Positions 9,450 to 19,157 of a stretch of 64,000 nucleotides of DNA are shown piece by piece. Each line of letters begins with the position of its first letter. Positions within the stretch are counted from its first letter, which is position 1. The notes under the pieces were generated by a model, which ran no database searches, was not told the origin of the DNA, and saw only the letters and a list, made by a program, of their open reading frames with translations. This DNA comes from Acidimicrobiales bacterium (GTDB taxonomy: Bacteria > Actinomycetota > Acidimicrobiia > Acidimicrobiales > Aldehydirespiratoraceae): positions 336,042 through 400,041 of the forward strand of contig OZ220491.1 of the NCBI GenBank assembly GCA_965116195.1. The letters run 5' to 3'. The translations under genes were made by a program, and so were the position numbers.

Positions 9450-10124
9450 GTGTTTCAGGACTACACCATGCGCATCGTTGCTGTCCGCGAGTGGCAGGGT
9501 GCCGCACTTGAGAAGCAACGCTACATGCTGCCCACATCGCCCGGGATCTACGCCTGGATGCTTGATCTTCGTCGGCCGCTTGCTGGACCAGACCAAGATG
9601 GTGATGTCTTGCTTGATCAGATCAATAACTCACTCCGCCCTAGCACCCCTCGCTGCTTCATGGGGAAGGTGCCACCGTACACGGCGGTGTCCCTACACGA
9701 TGACCTGCCACCTCTCACTAATGCAGCGGTTCGTCAAATCAAGGGGATCGCCGCAATGGAGGCCAACGCTGCTGAGTGGGCGTTGTTGTGTCCGACGATG
9801 TTTCAGCGCCCTCTTTACGTCGGCAAGGCGAAGAATCTCCAAAACCGACTGCGCAAACACCTTGCAGGCAAGACAAAGCTCGTATCGCATCTGGAGGCGG
9901 TCGGGCTAACTCTCAACGACTGCGCCATCATACTCGCCGAGGTGCAACCCGCTTCGCCGGACACCTCTGATGATGATGAGGAGGAGGAGGTGCAGGAGTC
10001 CTGGGAAGAGCTTGACGAGGAATCGCTCGCTGGGCTTGACCCGGTGACTCAGGTACTGTTGTCGGCAGCCGAGTCGCTAACGATTCGGATGAGTCGACCG
10101 TTACTCAACGAGAGAATGGATTGA
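9450..10124 (+). CDS. GIY-YIG nuclease-domain protein with large insertion and acidic tail
   Basis: SPGIYAW ... PLYVGKAKNLQNRLRKH ... AESLTIRMSRPLLNE matches the GIY / YxGxAxxLxxRxxxH / ExxxIxxxxPxxN elements. About 85 aa are inserted between the first two elements. An acidic run follows: DTSDDDEEEEVQESWEELDEE. The start could instead be ATG 9468. Confidence 0.6.
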   Translation: MFQDYTMRIVAVREWQGAALEKQRYMLPTSPGIYAWMLDLRRPLAGPDQDGDVLLDQINNSLRPSTPRCFMGKVPPYTAVSLHDDLPPLTNAAVRQIKGIAAMEANAAEWALLCPTMFQRPLYVGKAKNLQNRLRKHLAGKTKLVSHLEAVGLTLNDCAIILAEVQPASPDTSDDDEEEEVQESWEELDEESLAGLDPVTQVLLSAAESLTIRMSRPLLNERMD

Positions 10125-10126
10125 AT

Positions 10127-12196
10127 ATGAGCACACTTGACGTCCTCTCCGCTGCGACTGCTGACTACACATCTGACTACACATACCTCCGAGGAACCTA
10201 CGCGATCGGTCCAGAGAGACTCCCGTACTACGCCCTGACGATGTCAGTGGCAGATGCCGACAAGCACCTCGTCCTCGCTAGAGATGTCGTGTTTGATGTC
10301 ACGCGACCAGCCAAGTTGGAGGAGCTATTTCAACGGGACTTGGATGTTGACCGCGCTCGGACGGAGATACAGACGTATTTGAAGCGTCCGGAAAATCTGA
10401 AGTTCTTCAACTCTCTGACGGTGGTTTTGATGCCGATTGAGGAGGGAGATGCGCCGATTCCAATGGATCGGTATCCGAAGAGCGATCCCGGGGCTCCCGA
10501 CCCTCCGAGTAGCGAGGACCTCAATCGGATTGATGTCGGGCCCATCCAGATAAGGGAGACGAAAGGCGGTGATGTCGGCTTCATACGCTGGAACGTTGCG
10601 CGCATTAGTCCCGTCGTCATTGACGGGCAGCATCGGCTGTTTGCGCTTCGCGAGCTGCTCTCCGATAGGGCGTTCGTCAAGCACCTCAATCCTCATACCA
10701 CACGGATCCCAATCCTCGCTCTCGTGCTTGACGACCGTGTCGGGTACGAACCGCCGGAGGGCGGACCCTCCGGTGTCCTGTCTGCCTGTCGGGTGATCTT
10801 TGTTGACATCAACAAGAACGCAAAGCAGGTCGAAGGAGCGAGGCTGGCACTGCTCAATGATCGTTCGATCTCCGACTGTTCAATGCGGTCGCTACTAACG
10901 GACGAGATCGGAGTTGATTCCTCACCGGCAACCAATCGGTCAGGGAAGATCCCGCTAGCTCTCGTCGACTGGCACTCTGAGGTGACCAAGTTCGATCGGT
11001 CGCTCTACTTGTCGTCGGTTCTCGTGCTACGCGATGTTGTTGAGCAGTCCCTCGAACTAGAGCCACCGGATGCGTATGCTCACAATGAGTGGAGTTCGTA
11101 TCTCAATAGAATCGAGGCTCGTCTGACGCCAGACCCTGTTGACGGCTGGGACAGGCCAGCCGCAGACAAAAGGCTGCGGAACGCCGAGCGCGATGAACTT
11201 CCTTTCCATCTGACGCAGGTTGAGACGCGAGCAGCTGCGATGGGTTATGCCCGAGGGCCGGGATCCTTGGTCGTTAGCCCCCTTCTGCGCGCCGAGCCAT
11301 ACGCTCAGCTGGTTGATGCCTATCGGGAGGTGGGGTTGATTGATGGGAAGTTTGAACTCTGGCTTGGTCACGACCCGGAAGGCAAGAGAGCCTTTGAGCG
11401 TTATTTCGATGGCGAGGTCCCTGATGCAGACCTGGTCGCCCGACGGGTGAAGGATCGCTACCCGCTTGCGTTTCAGGTCGTCTTCCAGAAGGGCATTCTT
11501 GCATCATTGCAGATATTCGAGTCGGAGCGCGAGGAGTCACTTCTGCGGCTAACGGGCAAGGCTCACGGCGGTGAGAAGGCGACGCGGACGGCGTTGGAGG
11601 TGGCCTGGCTTGCGAAGTTCGACGAACGAATTGCCCCATGGTTGGCGGACTACAACTTCTGGCGTGGGTTCGGTGTTCGTCTTGATGGCACCATCGACTT
11701 CACGCAAGCTGCACCATCAGCTGTCGCAGGGTTTGTCGGCCTCAGTCTCATTGCTCCGTTCGCTGGCTGGCGAGCGCCGAGCGAGGCCATCCGGACTCCT
11801 GAACAGCGATTGTTCTCGTCACTGACCAAGGGCAATTCGATTGGTGAGAGCCTGACCATTGCTGACTATGGGGGAGCGAGTCAGAACCTGCAGTTTCAGG
11901 CCTCGTGCTGGCTCCACGAGCAACTGAGCTATGTCCGGCCAGGAGGCATGAGCACACTGTATGGGTATGTCGTTAGGCGCTTGGCTGGGCCCTGGGTGCA
12001 TTCGGTTGAACGATATCTTGATGCGGCCGCGAGGGCTGAAGCGTCCGGTCTGCTGGAGGGCGGTGACCGCTTTCGATATTTCCATGCGGTCGCGAGGGCC
12101 GAAGGCCTAGAGGTCAGCGACAACGACGCGAAGCGCCTGTTGGCGGCGGTGCACGGTGGGAGGAGGCTCGCGGCGATCAAGGCGGCCTTGAAGTGA
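10127..12196 (+). CDS. DGQHR-domain (DndB/ParB-Srx-like) protein, 689 aa
   Basis: Exact DGQHR motif (VVIDGQHRLFALREL) and a downstream FVDINKNAKQV element typical of the DndB-like family. The start (TTG 10121 or ATG 10127) overlaps or abuts the GIY-YIG stop codon. Confidence 0.75.
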   Translation: MSTLDVLSAATADYTSDYTYLRGTYAIGPERLPYYALTMSVADADKHLVLARDVVFDVTRPAKLEELFQRDLDVDRARTEIQTYLKRPENLKFFNSLTVVLMPIEEGDAPIPMDRYPKSDPGAPDPPSSEDLNRIDVGPIQIRETKGGDVGFIRWNVARISPVVIDGQHRLFALRELLSDRAFVKHLNPHTTRIPILALVLDDRVGYEPPEGGPSGVLSACRVIFVDINKNAKQVEGARLALLNDRSISDCSMRSLLTDEIGVDSSPATNRSGKIPLALVDWHSEVTKFDRSLYLSSVLVLRDVVEQSLELEPPDAYAHNEWSSYLNRIEARLTPDPVDGWDRPAADKRLRNAERDELPFHLTQVETRAAAMGYARGPGSLVVSPLLRAEPYAQLVDAYREVGLIDGKFELWLGHDPEGKRAFERYFDGEVPDADLVARRVKDRYPLAFQVVFQKGILASLQIFESEREESLLRLTGKAHGGEKATRTALEVAWLAKFDERIAPWLADYNFWRGFGVRLDGTIDFTQAAPSAVAGFVGLSLIAPFAGWRAPSEAIRTPEQRLFSSLTKGNSIGESLTIADYGGASQNLQFQASCWLHEQLSYVRPGGMSTLYGYVVRRLAGPWVHSVERYLDAAARAEASGLLEGGDRFRYFHAVARAEGLEVSDNDAKRLLAAVHGGRRLAAIKAALK

Positions 12197-12585
12197 TAAG
12201 CACACTGCCGTCAACTGGCTGGTTTTTCCGCCTTTCCAACTCCTCCTGAGTTTAGTATCCAAGCAGACTTGACAGAGACCAGTCCTTGTGTCTGAGGTAG
12301 CTTTCCTTGAGGGACAGGTCCCGTGGCATCCACCGCTGAGAGGCTGAGGAACCGTATCGTTTGTCATGGCCTCAACGGAGAACAAGGTGTGAGGGCTATG
12401 TCTTCAGGAGGCAAGAGGTGCGGCTATCTCGTGCGAGATTACGAGGCGCTTATGGCAGAGCCTCAAAGATCTGAAGAGTCCGGTCTGGCTTGGTGCGCCT
12501 CTAGTGGCCTGTCGTCCGTGAGGGTTGGAGGCTTGCGGCGGTTCCGTCGGTTGCGGCGGCGCGTCCAGTTCGGCGAGGTTGGATT

Positions 12586-13752
12586 GTGACCCCTATCTAT
12601 CTCGACTACAACGCGTCTGCTCCGATTGACCCCCGGGTTGCCGATGTCATGGCTGGTGTCATCGCCAGCGGCGTGGGCAATGCCTCTTCGGCGCACCCGT
12701 TCGGTTCGGCTCAGCGGGCTCGAGTTGGCACCGCTCGTGAGCAAGTCGCAGCGGCAGTCGGCGGGCGGCCCGGAGACGTTGTCTTCACGGCTGGTGCAAC
12801 GGAGGCAAACAACCTCGCTCTCCGAGGACTCGTTGATGCGCTATCATCAGCGCGGAGTCGAGTGTTGATCTCTGCGGTTGAGCATGCATCTGTGCGAGAG
12901 ACGGCGAGATGGCTTGCTGACGGGGGTCACGCAAAGGTTGATTTCATCCCTGTCACACCCGGCGGGTACGTTGACCTTGATGCGCTTGACGATCTTCTGG
13001 CCGATGATGTCTTGGTCGTTTCGGTCATGCTGGCCAACAGTGAGACGGGTGTGATCAATGACATTCGCGCAGTTGCTGAGCGAACTCATTCTCACGGTGC
13101 TCTCGTGCATACTGACGCAACACAAGCCGTCGGAAGGCTTGGCACTGACATGACGGAGATGCAAGCCGATCTGCTGTCGTTGAGCGGTCACAAGATCTGC
13201 GGACCGGGGGGCGTTGGAGCACTCCTTGCGACAGCACGATGCAGACGACTCATGCACCCGATTGTCTACGGTGGCGGACAGGAAAGCGGACTGCGTTCGG
13301 GCTCGCTCAATGTCGCCGGAACAGTGGGCTTTGGGGTGGCTGCAGAACTCGCAGCGAGCGAATGGAGCACCGACCACGCTCGGGTTTCTGCTCTCCGTGA
13401 TGAACTGGTCTCGCTCATCCAAGCTGAACTCGAGTCAGTAGAACAGAATGGAGATGTGAGCCGTCGGCTCCCGAACACAGCGAACCTCATGTTTCGCGGA
13501 GCCGATGCCGAAGCAGTCCTCGTCAACCTCTACCCGGTTGCAGTGTCGGCGGGCAGTGCCTGCAGCTCTGGGGCCCCTGAACCTTCGCCCGTCCTGCAAG
13601 CAATGGGTCTTGACCGTGCCAGCGCCGCTGCGTCGCTCCGGTTCAGTCTGGGCCGTTTCACCACTTCAGAGGAGGTACAGCAGGCAGCCACTCGCACCAT
13701 CGGCGCTGTTAATTTTGTGCGATCCATGAACCAGGACGACTCATGCGACTGA
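12586..13752 (+). CDS. sspA: cysteine desulfurase (class V aminotransferase; DndA/SspA-type)
   Basis: N-terminus PIYLDYNASAPIDPRV, PLP-lysine motif SLSGHKICGPGGVGAL, active-site cysteine loop SAGSACSSG. It is the first gene of an overlapping four-gene block. Confidence 0.8.
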   Translation: MTPIYLDYNASAPIDPRVADVMAGVIASGVGNASSAHPFGSAQRARVGTAREQVAAAVGGRPGDVVFTAGATEANNLALRGLVDALSSARSRVLISAVEHASVRETARWLADGGHAKVDFIPVTPGGYVDLDALDDLLADDVLVVSVMLANSETGVINDIRAVAERTHSHGALVHTDATQAVGRLGTDMTEMQADLLSLSGHKICGPGGVGALLATARCRRLMHPIVYGGGQESGLRSGSLNVAGTVGFGVAAELAASEWSTDHARVSALRDELVSLIQAELESVEQNGDVSRRLPNTANLMFRGADAEAVLVNLYPVAVSAGSACSSGAPEPSPVLQAMGLDRASAAASLRFSLGRFTTSEEVQQAATRTIGAVNFVRSMNQDDSCD

Positions 13753-14828
13753 CCGAAGCTGCGGAGCCGATCTTTGCTCGCCACGAGACCTTCCATCCTC
13801 GTTACGGCTGGTTCCGCAAGGCGTATGCCACTGCCGCAGCAAGCGAGCGCGGGTTTACTGCCGAAGACGCGCCGGTTGCTATTGGTGTCGGAAAAAACAT
13901 GGTGCGCTCAATCAAGTTTTGGGGTCAGGCGGCGAAGGTAATCACCTCCGATCCCGATTCTGCAAACAAACGGGCTCCCGACATGATCCCGACCGCGTTC
14001 GGACAAGCGTTGTTTGGTCCTGACGGGTGGGACCCTTACATGGAAGATCCAGGAACTGTCTGGCTTCTTCACTGGTTGTTGCTCGCACCTCCGTCGTGGC
14101 TGCCCGTGTGGTGGCTCGCATTTAATGAGTTGCATGCTGTTGACTTCAACGAAGACCTCTTGGCCAGCGTCATCACAACTCACATTGAATCTGCCAGTTC
14201 TTGGTCGTTGCCACACCCTGCCACGGTCACCAAAGATCTCTCCGTGCTCTTTCGTACCTACGCTCCGGCCGTCCACACGGCACGGGCCAGCTTTGAAGAC
14301 CTTCTGGACTGTCCGCTACGTGAACTGGGTTTGATCACCCGTTCGGCCGCAACTGGTAATCATCGGTTCGTGTTGGGTCCAAAGCCAACGCTCCCCGAAG
14401 AGATCGTGAACGTTGCTGTTCTGGACTATCTTGCACGCCGCCAACGGAGCGGGCAGACGGTCACACTGGCGCATCTCGCGAACGAGTCGGGCAGTCCTGG
14501 ACGAGCTTTCAGACTCTCCGAGCGCGACATTTATGAAGCATTGTCGCGAGAAGTAGAGAAAAGATCGTCTCTGGACCTTCTAGCACCGACCGGTGCGCAA
14601 CAACTCGCCTGGACCGACCCGCCTGCCCAAATTGCAGTCGAGATTCTCAACGAGTACTACGAGACGCAACCCGCAGAACCGGCGATCGGTCAACAAGGAG
14701 ATGAGCCCGCAGATCGCGATCTCCTGCCTGATCGCTCGCACGCTGTAATGAGACTCCTTGAGGCAAGTAGTCGTCACCACGACAGAAGTCTCCGGCGGTC
14801 GGATCAGCGACAGGAGCTAGGTGTATGA
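13743..14828 (+). CDS. sspB: DUF4007-type protein (SspB position)
   Basis: The N-terminus FARHETFHPRYGWFRKAY...GVGKNMVRSIKFWGQAAKVI is the hallmark of the DUF4007 family, which accompanies PAPS-reductase-like enzymes. It overlaps the upstream stop by 10 nt and the downstream start by ATGA. Confidence 0.7.
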   Translation: MRLTEAAEPIFARHETFHPRYGWFRKAYATAAASERGFTAEDAPVAIGVGKNMVRSIKFWGQAAKVITSDPDSANKRAPDMIPTAFGQALFGPDGWDPYMEDPGTVWLLHWLLLAPPSWLPVWWLAFNELHAVDFNEDLLASVITTHIESASSWSLPHPATVTKDLSVLFRTYAPAVHTARASFEDLLDCPLRELGLITRSAATGNHRFVLGPKPTLPEEIVNVAVLDYLARRQRSGQTVTLAHLANESGSPGRAFRLSERDIYEALSREVEKRSSLDLLAPTGAQQLAWTDPPAQIAVEILNEYYETQPAEPAIGQQGDEPADRDLLPDRSHAVMRLLEASSRHHDRSLRRSDQRQELGV

Positions 14829-17800
14829 CCTACCTTGCTGACCACATCGCAATCTCGCCGCGCTTCTCTCGTTCGGCGAACCTTGAGCGAGACGTAACTG
14901 CTGTCAATCCGCTTGAGGGTTACGTGGTTACGGCTCGCGCCGCAGATGTTGTGGAGCGTCTCGCAGGCCGCGCCGCGTCAACATCAGCGGGTGGGGCCTG
15001 GTCCATCACAGGACCTTACGGCTCTGGCAAGTCTTCGCTCGCGCTGCTGATTGACGGCGCTTTCGATGGGGCAGGCGCTATCCGTGACAAGGCGCTGGAA
15101 CTACTGAGCGTCGCAACTCCCGACTTGGCTTCAACAATCATCACCGCTCACGAGCGGCACGACACGCTTGAACTCGGGTTTTGCCGAGCTGTAGCGACTG
15201 CACACCGAGAACCAATCAGCCATACGGTTCTTCGCGCTCTTCATTCTGCTGTGATGCGCCGTTTCGGGAGGATCCCGCCGGTGTCGATGTTCAAGGCTGC
15301 ACCTGTGCTGGAAGATGCCTTGGCTGCCGCAGCGAGGGATGATCCTCGCCAGAATGGACCGTCCCCAGCAGCACTCCTAGCGGTAGCTCATTGTCTAGTC
15401 GAGTCTGCCCCTTTGTTGATTGTGGTTGACGAGTTTGGCAAGAACTTGGAGGCAATCGGTAATTCAGCAGCCGCCGACCCATACCTGCTTCAACAACTCG
15501 CGGAGGCAGGCCAAGGCGGTGGCGCTCCGATCTTCACGGTGACGCTTCAGCATCTTTCATTTGAGGACTACTTCACTACTGCAGATAGCTCGGAGCAGCG
15601 CGAGTGGGCCAAGGTGCAGGGTCGGTTTGAAGACGTTCCCTATGCTGACTCGCCGACGCAGACTCGAGCGCTTATCGCAACAGTTTTTGATCTCGACGAT
15701 GCGATTCATGCACGGGTTGATCACTGGGCCAAGAGGTTGGCGGCAGCCATGAGGCGTCTAGGCTTCAAAGATCTGGCAACGCCTGAAGCTATGGCAAAGT
15801 GCTTCCCCCTGCATCCCCTAGCCGTTGCCGTGCTTCCCGAACTGTGTAGCCGGTACGGGCAGAACGAGCGCACACTCTTTTCGTTTTTGTCAGGAAGCGA
15901 GACCACCGCTGTACCGGCGCTCCTCGGCGGAAGGAAACTTGGACGGGGTCCGTTACCTGTCGTTGGCTTGGCCGAGGTGTACGACTACTTCATCGCAGGA
16001 GGCGGCATTGCCAGTTCTTCAGGTGTCACTGCGAGTCGCTGGTTGGAGATTGCGACACGTCTGCGTGACACGCATGGACTCTCTGTTGCAGAGTCAGAGA
16101 TCGCGAAGTCAATCGCAGTTCTAAATCTTGTCGGAGCATCCGGGACAATTCGGGCATCAAGCATGGTGCTCAACTTGATATCCAAGCGCTCTGGACCGAT
16201 AGTTGAGAAACTTGAAGAACGAGGGCTGATCACGTATCGCGCCTTTGCTGACGAATACCGGATCTGGCACGGCAGCGATCTTGACATCCGCCATCTCGCC
16301 GAGCGTGCGGAGGCCGGTCTTGAGAAAGTGCCCTTAATCGATGTCTTGGCACGACTTGATACACCTACGCCCGTTATTGCTGCTCGACACTCAGCCCAAT
16401 ACGACACTCTCCGTGTGTTCACCCGCCGTTATGTGACGAGTTCGGAGAGCGTGATGCCGCCTGACCCGTTCTCCGTAGCGGACGGCGAGTTGTTGTTGGT
16501 CGTGGATGCGGACGGTAGTTGTCCGTCTATCGTTGCCAGCGATCTGAGCAAGCCGGTGGTAGCCGCAGTTCCAGCCACGATTGATCAACTGGAAGTCGCG
16601 GCTCGGAACTTGGCCGCATTCCATCAGGTTATAGAGATGCCTGAGGTCGCTAACGATTGGGTGGCCCGCAATGAACTAGGCGAGCAACTCGCCGAGGCCG
16701 AGGCGAGATTTCACGATGCCCTGATGTCAACTTTTGATCCACATCATTGCAAATGGTATCTTCTTACCAAAGATGGGCCGGAACCACTTCCATCGGGTCG
16801 TGGAACGGTGGCTCTCTCCGCAGCAGCGGATGCTGCGTATGGTTCGGTACCACGTATCGGTAACGAGATGATCAATCGTACGGACGTGACATCGCAGGGT
16901 GCAAAGGCGCGTCGTCTGCTGCTCGCAGGGATGATTGAGCGATCTGGTGAAGCAGATCTCGGCTTTGAGGGGTATGGCCCCGAAATGGCTATGTATCGTG
17001 CCGTCCTCCAACGATCCGGCTTGCATCGTCCCAGGGACGTGAACAGTGGTCCCGTCTTTGCTGAACCCAAAGACAAGTCGTGGCTTTCCGCTTGGCGGAC
17101 CCTGATGACAGAATTCACGCGGGCAAAGACTCATCGGGTCAATCTCAATGACATCTATGGGATGCTGATGTCCCCACCCATCGGTATGAAGGCCGCAGTA
17201 GTTCCTGTGTTTGCCACTGCCGGATTACTCGCTTATCACGATGAGATCGCAATCTATGAGCACGGAACGTTCAAAGCGACGCTTGAGGTCGACATGTCGG
17301 AACGGATGGTGAAGAACCCGGGCCATTTTGAGATCAAGCACTATGCAATCGCGGAAGGTGCCCGCCTAGATGTAATTGAAGCGCTTGCAGCGGAACTTGG
17401 AGTCACAAAGCGTTTGCGAAAGCACAGAGTGGGGAACATCCTCGCGATCGTGGGTCATGTCATTGGCGTGGTGCAGCAACTCGACAACTTCTGTCGTGTG
17501 ACCAACAGTTTGTCAGGAGCAGCGCTCGCGGTGAGAGAGGTTTTGACCACCGCTGTTGAACCGGATGAATTGCTTTTTCAAGCGCTTCCTGAAGCGCTCG
17601 GCTTCCCACAGATTCTTGCATCGGAACCGTACCCGCAACGCGCGGATTATGCACGAGCGTTGGTTCAAGTGGTTGAGGAACTTGGTGGACGGACACGTCG
17701 ATTGAAGGAGGAACTCCGCGATCTGGTGTTTGCACATGCCAATGAGTCGAGACGACGAGCTATCAGTGGTCAGGCATCAGTGATTGAGAACGAGATCGTT

Positions 17801-18307
17801 GACCCAGAAATCCGCTCCTTTGTTCTAGCGATGGCGACTGACGCGTTCGAGGACGATCTTGAGTGGGTCAACAACATCGCGACCGTGGTTGCAAAGCGCG
17901 CCGTTGCTGAGTGGTCAGATGACGATCGCGCCAGATTCGAGTTTGAGTTACCGGCCAAGATGTCTGCCTTCAGACGCTTGTTGGCTCTCCATATAGAGCG
18001 TCGGACTGCTGACGGTGAGTCCTTTGATGCCTTGCGCGTCACTTTTACGCGGTCTGATGGCAAGGAGGACTACCTCGTGCTGGCGCTTGATGACCACATA
18101 CGCAATGCAGTTTGTGGCCCTGTAGATGAGGTCGTGCAGCGACTCACGGAGGTGCTGGGCTCTGAAGTCAAAGCCCGAGAGGCTATCCTCGCCACCTTGG
18201 CAGAACACGTGCTACCTGCTGTCATGCCAACCGCTGTCGCCCCTGTCACACCCATCTGCGACAATGAGATCATCAAAATCAGGACAGCAAAGGCGACTCA
18301 TGGTTGA
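14825..18307 (+). CDS. sspC: large P-loop ATPase (SspC position), 1160 aa
   Basis: Walker A ITGPYGSGKSSLALL and Walker B-like LLIVVDEFGKNLE. Its size and its position between DUF4007 and the PP-loop enzyme fit SspC. Confidence 0.65.
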   Translation: MTYLADHIAISPRFSRSANLERDVTAVNPLEGYVVTARAADVVERLAGRAASTSAGGAWSITGPYGSGKSSLALLIDGAFDGAGAIRDKALELLSVATPDLASTIITAHERHDTLELGFCRAVATAHREPISHTVLRALHSAVMRRFGRIPPVSMFKAAPVLEDALAAAARDDPRQNGPSPAALLAVAHCLVESAPLLIVVDEFGKNLEAIGNSAAADPYLLQQLAEAGQGGGAPIFTVTLQHLSFEDYFTTADSSEQREWAKVQGRFEDVPYADSPTQTRALIATVFDLDDAIHARVDHWAKRLAAAMRRLGFKDLATPEAMAKCFPLHPLAVAVLPELCSRYGQNERTLFSFLSGSETTAVPALLGGRKLGRGPLPVVGLAEVYDYFIAGGGIASSSGVTASRWLEIATRLRDTHGLSVAESEIAKSIAVLNLVGASGTIRASSMVLNLISKRSGPIVEKLEERGLITYRAFADEYRIWHGSDLDIRHLAERAEAGLEKVPLIDVLARLDTPTPVIAARHSAQYDTLRVFTRRYVTSSESVMPPDPFSVADGELLLVVDADGSCPSIVASDLSKPVVAAVPATIDQLEVAARNLAAFHQVIEMPEVANDWVARNELGEQLAEAEARFHDALMSTFDPHHCKWYLLTKDGPEPLPSGRGTVALSAAADAAYGSVPRIGNEMINRTDVTSQGAKARRLLLAGMIERSGEADLGFEGYGPEMAMYRAVLQRSGLHRPRDVNSGPVFAEPKDKSWLSAWRTLMTEFTRAKTHRVNLNDIYGMLMSPPIGMKAAVVPVFATAGLLAYHDEIAIYEHGTFKATLEVDMSERMVKNPGHFEIKHYAIAEGARLDVIEALAAELGVTKRLRKHRVGNILAIVGHVIGVVQQLDNFCRVTNSLSGAALAVREVLTTAVEPDELLFQALPEALGFPQILASEPYPQRADYARALVQVVEELGGRTRRLKEELRDLVFAHANESRRRAISGQASVIENEIVDPEIRSFVLAMATDAFEDDLEWVNNIATVVAKRAVAEWSDDDRARFEFELPAKMSAFRRLLALHIERRTADGESFDALRVTFTRSDGKEDYLVLALDDHIRNAVCGPVDEVVQRLTEVLGSEVKAREAILATLAEHVLPAVMPTAVAPVTPICDNEIIKIRTAKATHG

Positions 18308-19142
18308 CACCCGGCACATATGTGGCATCTCGGGCGGGAAGGACTCTTCGGCCTTGGCGGTATACCTGCGAGATCGTGTACCCGAGATGGAGTACTTCTT
18401 CTGCGATACAGGTGCCGAACTCCCCGAGACCTACGAGTACATGACCCGCCTTGAGGTTACTCTGGGCAAGCCCATTGAGCGACTCAACGAACGGCGCGGA
18501 TTCGATCACTGGTTCGAGGTATATCGCGGAGCGCTTCCTTCCCCCCAGATGCGTTGGTGCACCAAGCAGATGAAGATCTATCCGATCGAGGAATGGGTCG
18601 CTGACGACGCGGTTGTGTCATATGTAGCCATCCGCGCTGATGAGGCAAACAGGAAAGGTTACATCTCCACTAAGCCAAATATCAAGTCTGTCTTCCCGTT
18701 CATTGAGGACGGAATCGACCACAGTGGTGTCATGCGGATACTTGATGATGCAGGCATCGGATTGCCGTCCTACTACGACTGGCGAACGCGATCTGGCTGC
18801 TACTTCTGTTTTTACCAACGCAAAGCAGAATGGGTCGGACTCGCAGACAGGCACCCTGACCTGTTTGAGCGAGCGGTTGCCATTGAGCAGAAGGTCCTCC
18901 AAGATGCCGGTGTTGACAGAGATGCAGACTTCAGCGATAGAGCCATGTCGGGCCGACAGTACACGTGGACTGGGAACGAGACCCTCGTCGAGTTGATCAC
19001 ACGCAGGGATGAGATCCTCGAGCGACACGAGGCCGCACTGCAACGTGAGGCACGGCAGAGACCCAACCGACCTCTTGTTGAGGCATTGGCGGGCGTTCTG
19101 GACGACGAGAGCGACGACATCTGTACGGTTTGCGCGCTATAG
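18300..19142 (+). CDS. sspD: PAPS-reductase-like PP-loop ATP pyrophosphatase (DndC/SspD-type)
   Basis: The PP-loop SGGKDS (ICGISGGKDSSALAVY) lies near the N-terminus when ATG 18300 is used. That start overlaps the upstream stop as ATGGTTGA. Conserved Cys residues follow (RSGCYFCF, CTVCAL). Confidence 0.8.
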   Translation: MVDTRHICGISGGKDSSALAVYLRDRVPEMEYFFCDTGAELPETYEYMTRLEVTLGKPIERLNERRGFDHWFEVYRGALPSPQMRWCTKQMKIYPIEEWVADDAVVSYVAIRADEANRKGYISTKPNIKSVFPFIEDGIDHSGVMRILDDAGIGLPSYYDWRTRSGCYFCFYQRKAEWVGLADRHPDLFERAVAIEQKVLQDAGVDRDADFSDRAMSGRQYTWTGNETLVELITRRDEILERHEAALQREARQRPNRPLVEALAGVLDDESDDICTVCAL

Positions 19143-19157
19143 GAGGAGTATTGGACG

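Noticed and set aside
12323-12589. 88-aa ORF in the leader of the ssp operon.
   Set aside because: It has no SD and no motif, its composition is Arg/Gly-rich, and it ends inside the sspA start. It is treated as non-coding leader, but a regulatory peptide or RNA cannot be excluded.
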